From the human T2T-CHM13v2.0 reference genome, Homo sapiens, in assembly GCF_009914755.1 (NCBI RefSeq), contig NC_060933.1: DNA of 64,000 nt; one strand, written 5' to 3'. Positions within the stretch are counted from its first letter, which is position 1. Each line of letters begins with the position of its first letter. The notes under the pieces are model-generated. The model was not told the DNA's origin. It saw only the letters and a list, made by a program, of their open reading frames with translations, and made no database searches. A program made the translations under genes and the position numbers. Positions 27,541-43,810 of the stretch are shown piece after piece.

Positions 27541-27697
27541 AGTATCCTTGTTGTTTAAGACATTTTGATTCTGGGTTTGTGTCTTGCAACCAAACATCCT
27601 CACTTAGATGGAATTACCTGGTAGAAAATCCACACTTAATATACTAATAGTAGGATGGGATGCACCCTTTATGGTGGTTGAGAGATTACAGTTTTGG

Positions 27698-27865
27698 CAT
27701 GTCGTATGATTGTGGGGTAGTGTGTGCTGTGGGCCATGTGATATATGATAGTATGTGGCATGTTGTAGTGTGCACTCTGTGATATGTGATGATAGCATGT
27801 GATATGACCAGGCAATACATGGACCATGTAAAGTGTGATACAGTGTGTGATTTGATTGTATGGTA
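27698..27865. repeat. Degenerate TG/ATG-rich array, left block
   Basis: 27704-27757 aligns without gaps to the 54-bp units at 28519-28626. Confidence 0.7.
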
Positions 27866-27869
27866 GGGT

Positions 27870-28417
27870 TGTATTAAAGTTATATCTGGGATTTTATTCA
27901 TAGGGGGATGACTGAATGGCAACATGAACAGGTCAATGCCATTGAAAGAAAAATTCAATGTTACTCACAGTTCCCATTGAAACAAGAAGCACAGTCCACT
28001 ACACAGGGCCACAGAGGAGCACCAGGTTTGGCCAGGAGGCAGAAAGGCATGAGGGGAAGGCAGAAGCCAGAGCTTTTATTGAGACTTCCCTGGGAAACAG
28101 TTCAGGATTGGCCAGTTTGAATAATTCCAGAGGACTTTGGGGCAAGGTTGTGGTCTCTAGTTGCTGGATACCTAGTCCTGAGATGATTTAGGGCATGGGA
28201 AATATGGGCTTGGCGTGTGAGCTTTACATAGAGAGGCAGTTGGGGAAATAGATAATGGGTTGGTTAGTTTGCCTATGAAAGGTGCACTCCAGGCTGAGCC
28301 CTTTGCTATCTCTAAGAATTGGCCTTCCTTCAGAAGGGCAGTCTCTCCCTGGGTCTGTAGGGCCCCCAAGTGCCAGAGCATCAAGAATACAGAAGATAAA
28401 AAAATATAGTTAAATAA
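27870..28417 (-). mobile_element. MER74A-like ERVL LTR
   Basis: Reverse strand reads TTCTGTATTCTTGATGCTCTGGCAC...GCCAATTCTTAGAGATAGCAAAG ... GGGAACTGTGAGTAACA. Confidence 0.75.
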
Positions 28418-28484
28418 TTGGCCCTGTTGTGAATGGATGCCTAATAGACAAATACAGAATCTAAGAAAACAGAAGAACAATTTA

Positions 28485-28642
28485 CTGTGTGACATGTGAT
28501 ATATGATGATGGTATATGATATGACTGTGTGGCAGTGTGTACTGCGTGCCACGTAGCACATGACAACATGTAATATGACTGCGTGGTAGCGTGTACTGCA
28601 TGCTGTGTAACACATGATAGCATGTGATCTGATTGTGGCTGT
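28485..28642. repeat. Degenerate 54-bp tandem repeat, right block
   Basis: Units 28519-28572 and 28573-28626 (ATATGACTGYGTGGYAGYGTGTACTGCRTG...). Confidence 0.8.
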
Positions 28643-28793
28643 GTTCTGGGAAGATGATCCCAGCAGCACAAGGTGGCGTGGAATGGAGAGCAGAAAGGCT
28701 GGTGAGCAATGGACAGTGCTATAATGATGTCCATGAAGAGAAGAGCTAGAAGGGGGGAAAATAATACATGTCCCTGGTTAAAGCTGCTGCTTA

Positions 28794-29138
<345 letters not shown>

Positions 29139-29421
29139 CTATCACGTGGAGGCACAGGATATAAAGTGACATGACAGATTCATGCTAGTCATCCTTCTAG
29201 GCATTCTGCAGATGAGAAAATAATAAGGGGCAAGTTACTAAAACCAAACTTCAGAAGGTAGACAGCAGAATCCATGATTCAAACTACTATAGCAGGTATG
29301 CATTTCTTCAGTTGACAAACACAGATGTGGAAAATAAACGTAATTTTCTTTGTTTTTCTTCAACTGAATTCAGCTTCTATCTTAAATTTCCTTTTCACTT
29401 AAAAGCTTACTCTAAATTATT

Positions 29422-29628
29422 CCATGTAAAATGGTGCAGCCTCTGTGAAAGACAATATGGCAGTTTCTCAAAAATTAAAGATAGAATTACAGTATGATCC
29501 AAGAATTCCACTTCTGGGTGGAGCCATGAGGCACCTAGAGTAGTTCAAATTCATAGAGACAGAAAGCAGAATGGTGGTTTCCAGGGGCTGGGGGAAGGTT
29601 AAAATGGAGAGTTATTGTTTAATGGGTC
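29422..29628 (+). mobile_element. L1MB-type fragment with internal deletion
   Basis: ATGTAAAATGGTGCAGCC...CCACTTCTGGG joined to TTCATAGAGACAGAAAGCAGAATGGTGG. Confidence 0.7.
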
Positions 29629-29708
29629 CAAGACTCATTTTCGGGTCAGCCAGCTTTGATGGACACTCAGCTTATTTTTAACATTGAGCTACTGCAAATA
29701 GTACTTCT

Positions 29709-30023
<315 letters not shown>

Positions 30024-33000
30024 TGCAAATAGTACTCCTATGAACATCCTCATACATGCTCGTGGTGAAGATGTGTTTGCATTTCTGTTAGACATATACC
30101 TAACAGTGGAACTCTTCTCTCACAGGATCTGCATATTTGAATTTAGCAGATACTTGTAGTTTTCCAACGTCTTTGCCAACTTAGGAGACCCACCAGCAAT
30201 GCAAGGAGAAATACGATTAATCCAACCAACATGATTTTTTTCTTGTCTTTTTCATTTTAATCATTCTGGTGGGTATGTAGAAGTATTGTATTGTGGTTTT
30301 ACTTTCGTATTTCCCTGATGCCTGATGAAGTTGAGCACCTTTTCATATGTTTATTCACCATTTGGATATCTTCTTCTGTAAGGGGCTGTTCAAGTCTTTT
30401 GCTCTTTTCTTCTATTGTTTTTTCTTGCCTTTTTATTGATTACTAGGATTAATGTATACATATATGTATATGAAGATATATAAAATACATAAAATCTATT
30501 TATCTATTCTGCACATGAATTCCTTGTTTTGCAAATTTGTAACTCCACTCTGTGGCTTGTCTTTTCCCTCCCATAATAGTATCTTTTCCTAGAACAAACG
30601 TTTGTATTATTAATGTGGTCCAGTATATCAAAATTTTTTGATTTATGACTAGTACTTTTTGTGTTACACTTAAGATATCATGAAGACATCCTTCTAAATC
30701 ATGAAGACATTTTTCTAAAAGCTTTATTGTTATACCATTCATATTTTCATCTGCAATCCATCTGGAATTGATTTTTGTGTATGGGGTGAAATAAAAGTCA
30801 AGATTTATTTTTTCTCCATGTGGATATTCAGTTGACACAATACCATTTATTAAAAAGACCATTCTTTCTTCGATGTATTGCAATGTCACTGTCATTAACC
30901 AGCACATCATATATGTGTAGGTCTGTTTACGGATTCTCTCTTCTATTACGCTGGCCAGTATGTCTATCGTTGTGTCAGTATCACACTATATTAATCACCA
31001 TAGATTGATAACAATCCTTGGTGTCTGTTAGTATGGGTCCTCCAGCTTTTTTGCTCTTCAGGAATGCCTTAATAATTCTTGCCCATTTACGTTTCCATAT
31101 CCATTTTAGAATCAGCTTTTCAGTTTACACAGGTAGACACACATGCACACACCCCTGCTGGGATTTTGATTAAGACTGAATTGAATCTGTTGATAAGATT
31201 TAGAGAAATTGGCATGTTTATAATATTGAGGCTTCCAGTCCACAAATATGGCATATTGTTCAATTTATTTAGATCTTTAATTTCCTTCAATAATGTTTTG
31301 TAGTTTATAGCGTAGAGATTTTCACAAATGTTATGTCTACTTCTAAGCACATTGATGCTTCCTTAATTTTCTATTTATAATTTTCCTTTTTATCTTGCTA
31401 AATACAAACATTAATTTGAATAGTATACAGATTCTACCATTTTAATTGTTTATTTGTTTCTTGTATGGAAACAAACTATTTTTATTTTGACCTTGTATCT
31501 AGTCACTTTGCTAAGTTAAATCATTAATTCTAATTGTTTGCAGATTCTTTTGAATTTTCTATGTACACACATAATATTTTTAAATAATAAGAGTATTTTT
31601 TCTTTTCCAGTCTTTAGCATGCCGCCTAATTTTCTTGCCTGATTATACTTGCTAGAATCTCCAGTATAAGTTGAATAAGAGAAGATGTAAACTGAGCATC
31701 TTTGTTTTATTCCATCTCAAGGGCGAGGATTTTTCATATTTTACTATTAAGTATGTTTACTGTAAGATTCTGTGGAAGTCTTTTTCAACTTAAAGAAGAA
31801 CTGTTCTATTTCTAGTTTGTTAAAAGGATTTTTTGAAAATCATGGGTATTGAATTTTCTTCATTGTTTTCTTTTTTCCAATAAGAATTGTGAAATAATTC
31901 TCTATTTTCTGTTAATGTGGTGAATTATACTGGTTAATGTTTTAAATGTTAAACCACCCTTATGCAGTAATTTCATTGATGTATAATTTTCCATTTAAGA
32001 TTTTCATGTCTATGTTCATGAGTGACATTGGTCTGCAATATTCCTTCTTCTAGGATCCTTGCCAGGGTTTCGTATCAAAATTGAACTGTCCTCTGAAAAC
32101 AAGTTTGGAGGTGCTCCATCTTTTCTTTGGTCGGGAAGAGCTTATATGAGATTGGTACTATTTCTTCCTTGAATATTTGGAAAATTCCACTGATGAAGCC
32201 ATATGGGCCTGGAGTTTTCCTTCTGGCAAGAATATTATTCAATTTATTTAAACATTTTTAAAAATTATTTAGATTTTCTGTTTCTCCATGGGTCAGGTTT
32301 GACAACTCTTGTTTGTTGAGGAATTTGTCCATGGCATGTAAATTTTTAAATTTAATGAAGTGAAATTGTTTGGGCTATCCTCTTATAATCTTTCTAATAG
32401 TTGTAGGATATACACAGATGTTCTTACTTTATTCCTGTTACTAGTACTTTTTTTCTTCATCAGTATCATTAGAAGTTTATCATCTTCATTAATTTTTTTC
32501 AAATAATTAGTGTTGGCTCTGTATATTTTCTTTATTTTATATCTATTTCACTAATTTGTGTTTTTATTATGTTCTTCCATCTACTTCCTTTGAATTTCTT
32601 TTGCTATTCTTTTCCTGGCTGCCTGAAATGGAAACTTACATTGTATATTTTAAACCCTTACATATTTACTATTTTCTTAGAAATTTTGGTAAATATTTCA
32701 TGTAACTTGAAAACAAACTGTATTTCATTGTTTCAGTTCCAGTATTCTGTATTTATTGGTCATGTTGTTAAGATCTTCTATAACATTATTGATTTTTTTG
32801 GTCTGTTTTACTAACTACTGAGAGAAGTTTTATAAGTCTCCCACCATGATTGTAGATTTGTCTCTCTTTTTAATTGAGTCAGTTTTTCCTTTATATATCT
32901 TGAAGTCATGCTATGTTCAGTAATTAGAACATTCTACAGATTTAGAACTGTTATATTTTCCTGGTAGATTGACATGTTTATCATAATGAAATAACTTGCT

Positions 33001-33191
33001 TTATCTCTAGAAATCCTTCTTGCCTTAATTCTGATTTGTCTGATACTAGCATGGGCTACCTACCTCAGCTTTCTTTTGGTTTGTGTTTGATGTGTTTTGA
33101 AATATCATTTTACTAATATTTAAGATGTGTGTTTTATAAGTGGTGTATATGTAGTTTTATATTTTTCTTCAGTCTGACACTCTGGGGTTTT

Positions 33192-33198
33192 TTTTTTC

Positions 33199-33229
<31 letters not shown>

Positions 33230-33512
33230 AGGCAGAGTCTCCCTCTGTCACCCAGGATGGAGTGCCGTAGCAGCACAATCTCGGCTCACTGCAACCTCTG
33301 CCTCCCATGTAAAAGTGATTCTCGTGCCTCAGACCCCTGAGTAGCTGGGATTACAGGCGCCTGCCACCACACTCAGCTAATTTTTGTATTTTTAGTAGAG
33401 GGGGATTTCACTGTGTTGGCCAGGCTGCTCTTGAACTGCCGAGCTCAGGTGATCCGCCCACCTCAGCTTCCCAAAGTGCTGGGATTACAGGCGTGAGTCA
33501 CAGCCCCCAGCC
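33192..33512 (-). mobile_element. AluS (Sx-like)
   Basis: Full Alu with poly-T; TSD TGGG(G/A)TTTTT. Confidence 0.9.
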
Positions 33513-34316
33513 TGGGATTTTTAATTAGAGTATTTAGTCCACTTTGTTTCTCTCTTTTTTTTAAGATAAAATTAGTTTATTGAAATGAAACAAACAAAAA
33601 AAAAAGGATGAACTCTTATGTATCCTCCAAATTTACATATACTAATCTAAACAAATCATTCTCTTTTAAATACTAACCAGAAGAGTATTTTATTTTCACT
33701 TAATTACCAATATATTTGCATTTACAACCACCATCTTAATCTTGGTTTTCTGTTCCTTTGTTTTCATGTCTTGATGTCTTTTGGATTAATAAAACATTAT
33801 TTTTATTATTCCATTTTTTTCCTCCATTGTTCTATTAGTTATACATTTTCTTTTCTACTTTAAGTAGCTATTCTGTAGACAAGCGTGTGTAGACTAGCTT
33901 ATTGGTACTTATTACTAAGTTGATAATGCAAATTATTACTTTTACTACCTCTCTGATAATGCTTTAAGTACATTTGCTTTGTCATTTTTTTAATGTATGG
34001 TTATAATGCATCTCATTCTAAATATATTTTAAACAGAGGAAAACATTACCATTATTGTGTTATTTAGTTAATATTCATTTACACTTGCCTTTTCTATTGT
34101 TGTTTTTTTTCCTCTGAATTTCTATGTTTCTCTCTGAACTCATTTTGGTTTTTTCTTAAAATATTTCTTTAATATATTAATCTAGTAGAAGATGTCATTC
34201 TTCTTCTGGCTTCCATTGTTTCTATTGAAAAAGTAGTTGTTAATCTAATTGTTGCTTCTTTGAAGATAATATTTTACTCCCACTTGAGCTGCTTTTTGGG
34301 ACTTGAATTTCATATA

Positions 34317-34658
<342 letters not shown>

Positions 34659-35246
34659 GAATTTCCTATATTTTACACTATGCCTACTGTTTTCCAAGTA
34701 GCTCTCACAGGTTTTTTTTCTACAGTTCTTACCTTTTCTCGCTCTCTCTCTGAACTTTAGTTTGAATTTTTTTTCACTGACTTCATTTACTAGTCTTGTC
34801 TGGCTGTATCTGTTTTGCTTTTAAACATGTCATTGAGTTCTTAATATTAAATGTGTATTTTTCAGTTCTAAATTTCTTATTTGATCTTTTTAAAAACATA
34901 CTAAATCTCTGATGAAACTCAATTGTTTTCCTCTAATTTCCTGAGCAGACTAGTCAACTATTTTAAATTCTTTTTATGCTAATTTCAATATCAAGATGAT
35001 TGAGATATCTATTTCTAAGTCATTTATGTTTACATTTATTTATTTTTCTGTTACTTTGCAAATTGATTTTTTTTGTTTTTTTTTATTTTGATCTCTATTC
35101 AGTGACTCTTTTGGAAAAGTAAGACATTTTTGTATGACTAATTCAAACATCACAGAAAATTACAAAGTAAAAGTTCATCCTAAATCTGACTCTCTCTAAA
35201 TTTCTATTATTAAGAGGAATTAAACATCATTCATTACCCAAATTAG

Positions 35247-35663
<417 letters not shown>

Positions 35664-37267
35664 ACACGTTGCATTTTAAATAGAAATTGTCTTAATTTAC
35701 TTAAATTTAACAACAAAAATAAATTAAAATTGTTGATCCATACATAAATGTTTATCACCTTATTATGTTTTATTTCTTTGAAGAAGGTTCTAAAATTAAT
35801 TGACTGTATTCTATGAAAAATGCTAAAATTAGTGCTCTTAAACTCTCTTCCTCATCCTCACTAAAGACTTATCATTTCCAGATTACATTATTTTTACTTC
35901 ATGACTATTTTGCAATTTATGTTCTATTCTATAATCATGATCCCAGAGTGTTTTTTTTCCATCAAATTTTTTAAGTTAAACTTTCTACTTTGATATAATT
36001 AGAGATTTACATACATTTGTTAAAAAAAATACAGAGAGATTCCCTGTACTCTTTAACAACTTTCTGGCAATGGCAATATCTTATTAAGCTATGGAACAAT
36101 ATCACAACCTGGATATTGACATTTACACAGAACAGTTCCACCACCATGATAATTCTTCATGTTGCTCTTTTATAGCCACATCCTCCTTCCTCCTACCCAT
36201 GACCCTAACCAACCAGTAATCTGTTCTCCACTTTTGTAATTTTGTTATTTCAAGAATTCTACATAGGTGGAATCATACAGTATGTGACATTTTGGGATTG
36301 ACTATATTAATTCAGCATAATTCTCTGGAGATCAGTTCAGGTTACTGTATATGCATTAATCATTTGTGCCTTTTTGCCATTGAATAGTGTTCCATGACAT
36401 GGATAAACCACTGTATGTTTAATCATTTACCTATTGAAAGACATCTGGGTTATTTTCTGTTTTTGACTATTACAAATAAAATTTCTATTAATATTTACAC
36501 ACAGGTTTTTGCATTAACGTAGATTTCCTTTTCTCTCAAAAAAGTTTCCAAAGTCTAACTAGTTATATAAGAAATTGCTGTGTACTAATCCACAGTGGTT
36601 GTATCTGTATATTAGTATTAGTGGTTAAATCATTTCATATTCTCATCAGCAATATATGAGCAATGTAGTGTCTCCATATTTGTCATTTGATTTTGTAATT
36701 TTTAAAATATTACCTTTCTAACATGTGCATAGTGATATTTCATTGGTATTTTAACTTGCATTTCCCTAATGGTTAATGATGTCGATCAATTTTATCATCT
36801 TAGGTTAAATGTCTATTTATGACCTTTACTCATATTCTAATTGAATATTTTGGTATTTTTTACAACTGAATTTTGAGAGCTCTTTATAGATTCTAGACAC
36901 TAGTTCTTTTTTGGATACATGATTTGCAAATATGTTACCCTTCTGTGTAGCTTGTCTTTTCATCCTTCTAACAGGGTTTTTCATAGAATAAAAGTTTTTA
37001 ATTTTAATGAGGTCTAATTTATCAATTTTTTCCTTCTATAAATTATGCTTTTGGTGTCAAGTCTAAGAAGTTTTGCCTAGCTCAGAACCCAGATTTTACA
37101 TTTAAGTTTGTGATCAATTCTGAATTAACTTTTGCATAAAGTGTGAGGTTTAGGTTGAGGTTCATTTTCTTTTAGTCCAGGATATGAAATTGCTCCAGCA
37201 ACATTTCTTAAAGTCTATCTTTTCCTCTATTGATTTGTTTTTGCACCTTTGTCAAAAAATCAGTTGG

Positions 37268-37543
<276 letters not shown>

Positions 37544-40500
37544 GTTGGGCATATTTTTGCAGGTCTATTTCTGGGTTCACTATGCAGTTCCATTAATTTA
37601 CATGTCTATCTCCCTGCTAACGCAACACTAATACAACACTCTTTATTACTGCAGCAAGAGTTACTTCTCCCATATTATTCTTCTTTTTCAAGATTGTCTT
37701 CAGTGTTTTAGGATCTTTACCTATCTAGGTACGTTTTAGAATAAGCTTGCCTATGCCTCCAAAAAGACCCTTATAGGAATTGCATTAAACCTGTAGGTCA
37801 GTTTGTGGAGAAATAACATCTTTAGCATTTTGAGTCTTCCAATTCATGAACATGGTATGTCACTATAATTATTTAGGTCTTTTAAAAACTTTATTTTAAC
37901 AGTATTTTGTAATTTTTAGTATACACATTCTGTATATGTTTTGTTAGATGTGTACCTAAGTATTTCATTTTTTTTTGAGCAATTGAAAATTATATTATGC
38001 ATTTTACATTAGTCTCCACTTGCTTGTTCACAGTACATAGAAATGCAGTTGTCTTTCACATATTGACCTTGTATCCTACAAACTTGCTGCACTCACTTAT
38101 TAGTTCTAGGAGTTTGAGTCTTGTTATTTTTTTGTAGGTTTCTTGGAATTTTCTATGTAAGCAATCATATTATCTACAAACAGAAACAGTTTTATTTCTT
38201 TATTTCCTTTCCTGCCTTTTAATTCTTTTCTTGTCTTAAATGCTGGCTAGAACTTCCAGTACTATAGCAAGTAGGAGTGGAGAGAGGAAACATAACTGCC
38301 TTGTTGCTGATCTGAGAGGTTAAGCATGCGATCTATTATCATTTAGTATGATGTTAGCTGTAGGTTTTTTTTTAATAGATGCTCTTCGTTTTGTTAAGAA
38401 AGTTCATCCTCTATTTCATTTGTGGAGTCATTTTACCATAAATTGGTGGTTTTTGTCAAATACTTTTCCTTCGCCAACTAGTATGACCATATAATTTCCC
38501 TTTTTAGATTGTTGGTATGATAGATTATATTGATTGGTATTTTTCGAAGATTGTACCAGACTTACATGCTTAGAATAAATCTCACTTGGCCATGACATAT
38601 ACTTATTTTTATACATTGCTTGATTTAATTTGCTAAAACTTGTAGAAGATTTTTATTTCTATGTTCATGAAGGATACTGGACTTTAGTATTCTCTCACTT
38701 TTTTTGTACTCTCTGGTTTTGTTATCTGGGTAATACTAGCCTAGCAAAATGAGTGGAAAGTGTTTTCTACTATTCTATTTTCTGAAAGAGATTGTGGAAA
38801 ATTAATGTTAATTCATCTTTAAATGTTAGGCAGAATTCTCTAGTAAAAACAACGTAAGCCTAATGACTTCTTTGGTGGGAGATTTTAAATTACAAATTCA
38901 ATTTCTTTAATGTTTATAGGAATATTCAAATTATCTGTTTTACCTAAAATATCTACTGAGTTTTAGTTATTTCTGGCTTTTGGGGAATTGGTCCAATTGG
39001 TGCAATTTGTTTTCAGTTGTCAAATTTATGAGCTAAAAGTTGATTATGGTATTTCCTTATTATACTTTTAATTGCTGCAGGATCTGTAGAAATATCTCCT
39101 GTTTTATTCCTGATGCCGATTATTTGTTTCATCTTTCTTTTTATGTTTGTCAGGCTTCCTAGAAGTTAATTTTTTTTTCAAAAAGTCAGCTTTCTGTTTC
39201 TTTTTTTTTCTATTTTCTATTATTTTCTTGTTCTTAGTTTTATTGATTCCACTCTTTACTATTTCTTTCCTTCTTCTCACATTGGGTTTATTTTTCTCAT
39301 CTTTTTCTATTTTTTTTGAGGTAGGAACTTTGTTAGTTTGAGAGGTTTTCTATTTTCTAGTGTAAGCATTTAGCTATACATTTCAATTTTAACACTGCTT
39401 TAGCTGCATCCTACACATTTTCATATGGTGTGTTTCATTTTTATTCTGTTCAATGTTTTTAAGTTTGTTTCTTTTGAGTTCCGCCTTGACCCATTAATTA
39501 TTTTAAAGTGTGTTGTTTAATTTCCAAGTGTTTGAAGATTTTTCTGTTAATTTCCTGTTATTATTTTTGGTTTGATTTTATGATGTTCAGAGAACGTGCT
39601 CACTATGATTTTAATTCTTATACTGAGGCCCAGGGCATTATTTATCTTGGTGAGGATCCCATGAGCACTTGAAAAAAAATGAGTATTTTGCTGTTGGAGT
39701 GATACGTTCTATATATGCCAATTAAGTCCTGTTGGCTGATAGTATGCATTTTTAAAAAAATCTCTTCTAATATTCTGTCTAGTAGTTCTATCAATGGCTG
39801 AATGACTGTTGAAGTCCCCAACTATATTTGCAGATTTGCCTATTTTTCCATACAGTTCTATCAGTTTTTGTTTCGTGTATTTTGAAGTTCCGCTTTTTGG
39901 TACATTTGAGATCTTTATTTTTTCCTGATGGATTCATCCTTTCATCATTATGTAATATTCCTCCGTCTGTGGTAATTTTCTCTGCTCCAAAACCTACTTA
40001 ATGTGTTAGTAAGGTAGTCATTCCTGTTTTTTGAAAAAATGAAATGTTTGCATGGTATTTTTCCATCCTTTTATTTATAATTAACATTTCATTATATTTG
40101 AAATATGCTTCATATAGACAGCATATTGTTCATCCACATTGTATCAAGGTATGTTTTTAACCAGTGTATATTTAAACTGTTTAAGGTAATTGTTAAAAGT
40201 TAGGATTTAACTTCTCATTTCATGATTTAATTCCTGTTTGTTCCTTCTAATTCTCACTCCTTTGTTTTCTTACCTTCTTGTGAGTTATTTATATTTTTAG
40301 GATTCCATTTTGATTTATGTATACTCGTTTTGAATATATAGTTTTTTACAGTTTTCTAGTGAGTGCTCTAGATGTTATAATATGCATATGTACCTTATTA
40401 TAGTCTACTGGTATTGAAGTTTCACCACTTCAAGCCTTACTTTCACTTAGTTTCCTTTACTTTCCTCCACTGCAAAATCTAATTATATTGAGTTTTTCCT

Positions 40501-40766
40501 CATCAAATACCACATTAAATAAATACCTCATTAAATACCACATCAGATGGTTTTATTATTTTTGCTTCAGTAGCCACATATGAGTTAAGTGACGCATGTG
40601 AAGTGGAATAGTCTATAAATTTTTCCCCAATTTTTACTCATTCCAATGTTCTTCTTTCCTTTCTGAAGTTCCACGTTTTCTATTATTGTTTCCTTTCTGT
40701 TTGGAAAACTTCCTTTAGACCTTTTTAAGGGGATAAACCAATCCCCTTAAACAATAAATTATTTAG

Positions 40767-41166
<400 letters not shown>

Positions 41167-41288
41167 TACCACACACATTTTCAGGATTCACAATTGTTTT
41201 CCTTTCCAAATTTGAAAAATGTGCAACTTCCTCTGGTCTCCATGGTTTCAGATGAGAAACTTGCTATCACGTAAATCAATGTTTTATT

Positions 41289-41419
41289 AGCTGGGTGCAG
41301 TGATGTGCACCTGTAGTCCCAGATATTCGGGAGGCTGATGTGGGAGGATTACTTGAGCCCAGGTATTTGAGTTCAGCCTGGGCAATACTAAGACCCTGTT
41401 TCTTTAAAAAAAAAAAAAA
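41289..41419 (+). mobile_element. FLAM (free left Alu monomer)
   Basis: Single ~130-bp monomer GCTGGGTGCAGTG...CTTGAGCCCAGG...CAGCCTGGGCAA plus poly-A. Confidence 0.85.
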
Positions 41420-43612
41420 TTATTTCCCTATAAGTAATGTGTTATGTCTTTCACAAAATTTGGGATATGTTTTAGCCATATTACTCTGAATAACTTTTTA
41501 GTGCCTTTCTATATATACTTTGCTTTTGAGACTTCAATAACATGTATATTAGATCTTTTGTTATTGTCCTGCAGGTTCCTGAGATTTTGTTCTTCTTCTA
41601 TTAGTGAATTTTAGTTTTGTTGTTCAGATTGAGTAAATTCTATCGATCTGCTCTCAAGTTCACTGATGGCATTCTATGTAATCTCCATTCTATAATGAAC
41701 CTATCTGGTAAGGTCTTTCTTCAGTTACTATATTTTTCTGTCTGATAACTTCACTGGGTTCTTTTTTTATAGCTTCTGTTTCTTTGCTGAGATATTCTAA
41801 TCTTTCATCAGCTCCAGAAAATTTTTAATTGCTTTTTGAAGCATTTTTATGATGACTTCTTTAAAATTCTTTTTAGATTATTTGGCGTTGTATTCATCTT
41901 ATTGTTAGCATCTGCTGATTATCTTTTCTCATTCATGTTGTCATTTTCCTGATTCTTGGCATGACTAGTGATTTTTTAAAAAAGTATATCTTGGATATTT
42001 TAGATATTATATTTAGAGACACAGGATCCTATTTAATCTTTTTTTTTTTTTTTATTTTAATAGCAGGTAGTGCCCTTGTTGGAGTGTAGCAGGAGGGCTG
42101 GGTGGGTAAGTGTGTTTAGCTTCCCATAGAGCAATGTTACCCCACCCTTGCAAAAGTGGGGCACTGACTCACACTGCCTCAATGAAGATGTGCTGTGTGG
42201 GAGTTCAGTGCCCCCGATACCTTCCTAGGGAAAGTGGGGCACTGCCTCACATACCACATTACCTTTGAGCAGGGAGATCAGATCAACTCCCTGGTGGGCT
42301 TCACTGCCACCAGGGAGGGGGAAGCAGAGAGCTTACTCACGCTGCTTTGGTGCTGAAAGGCAAGTCCAGAACCTCAGTTCCCCACTAGCACCACAGGGAG
42401 AGGGCAAACAGAGTGGCCAACTAGCCCTGCTTTCCCTAAGCTCATTCAGCCCTACAGATTTTAGGGAGAAGTGGAGTTTCTGCTCCCTACAAGACATGGT
42501 GATGGGTTGGGGGTAGAAACAGAGTGCTGCATTACACCACTTTCTCTTGTCTTGATCCTGCATTGGGTAAAGTATCAGCTCCCCACTGGGCCACACTCAT
42601 ATGGGCAGGGTGGAGGGGGAGAATAGGTGTGCTGACCAGCTCTGCTTTGCACCATCTTGTTTAGTCTTATTTAGCCAAGTTGGAGTAAAGACTCTTCTCT
42701 GGGCCCTGGTGACACAGGAGGGAGGATGGAGAAACCAAATGGTAACCTTTGCCTAGTGAGCCTCTTATCAAATCCCATTGCTGCCAAGTGGAGGTGAAGC
42801 CTCAGCTCCCCACTGGATTCCATTAACAATACCCTGACTAGGGATGTGTAGCATGGCCTGCTTCCACCATGCAGGAAGTGTAAGATCAGCTGCTCACACA
42901 ACAGTCATGTTGCCATGACCTCCTTCTCCCAGGTGGGAGAAGGGAAGATTATCTCCATGGTCAGTCCTGCAGATACCACCTGGTAGGGGAATCGGAGCAT
43001 GCCACCCTGCTTTGGTGGAAGGTGAGGTTTTTGCAACATAAAGTTCCTGCACAATGCACTGAACCCCCAGAAAGGGAGGTGCGGTTGTTCCATTTGTGTT
43101 TTACCAGAAGCGGGGCAGGTATTATCAAACAGATTTTTTGTCAGTAGGGGTCACCACTTCCCCAATATTTTGGCCAGGGGAATATGCACCTGTGTCTACT
43201 GATGATGTTGGGTTGGAGGCCTCTGCCGTGTCCTGTCAGGAGAACATGGGAGGCATCAAGGAAACCCAGGGACTTCACCTTCATGTTATTCCTCAAATCC
43301 CATGTTGTTCCTCAAATCCTGAGTCGTGGGCATGCCTTATTTTCATCTTTGAGAAATTTTGTATCTTTGTATTATGTCCAAAGACCTAGGAGAAATGGGC
43401 TACTGCATCTTGGAAGAACCAGAAGTCTCAAGTCATTTAATTTTCATTCTATATTTAGATGGACTCAACACACAGCTTTTCATATTTGATTTCTATTCTA
43501 TTTTTATCTAGACTTTTTCCTCAGACTTCTCAATCTGCTTCACTCCAAGTTGGGGAGTAAAAGTGAGGCTTTTATAATTTTTGCTACCATCTCTTCTAGC
43601 AAGAACTGGATG

Positions 43613-43810
43613 CAGTGGTATGTTGGTAAATCAATTCTAGGGGGAAAAAAAAGAAGTCTTGATTTGCAGTGCTATGATTCCTGTAGTGTAAACACTGTCA
43701 CCATGGTTGATGTCAAGCTCCAACATGATATCACTGAATGTGAAGTTGGAAAGAGCTGTATACAAAGGGCTCTCATGAGCCAGTATGAGCTGGCTCCAGG
43801 AAACCACTAG
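43613..43810. mobile_element. MER63-like (hAT-Blackjack)
   Basis: Ends CAGTGGTATGTTGGTAAAT and GAGCCAGTATGAGCTGGCTCCAGGAAACCACT. Confidence 0.75.

Noticed and set aside
28172-28734. 165-aa, 97-aa and 75-aa minus-strand ORFs with repeated His/Cys/Tyr motifs
   Set aside because: They are translations of the 54-bp degenerate repeat and MER74-like LTR, not a zinc-finger or other known domain.
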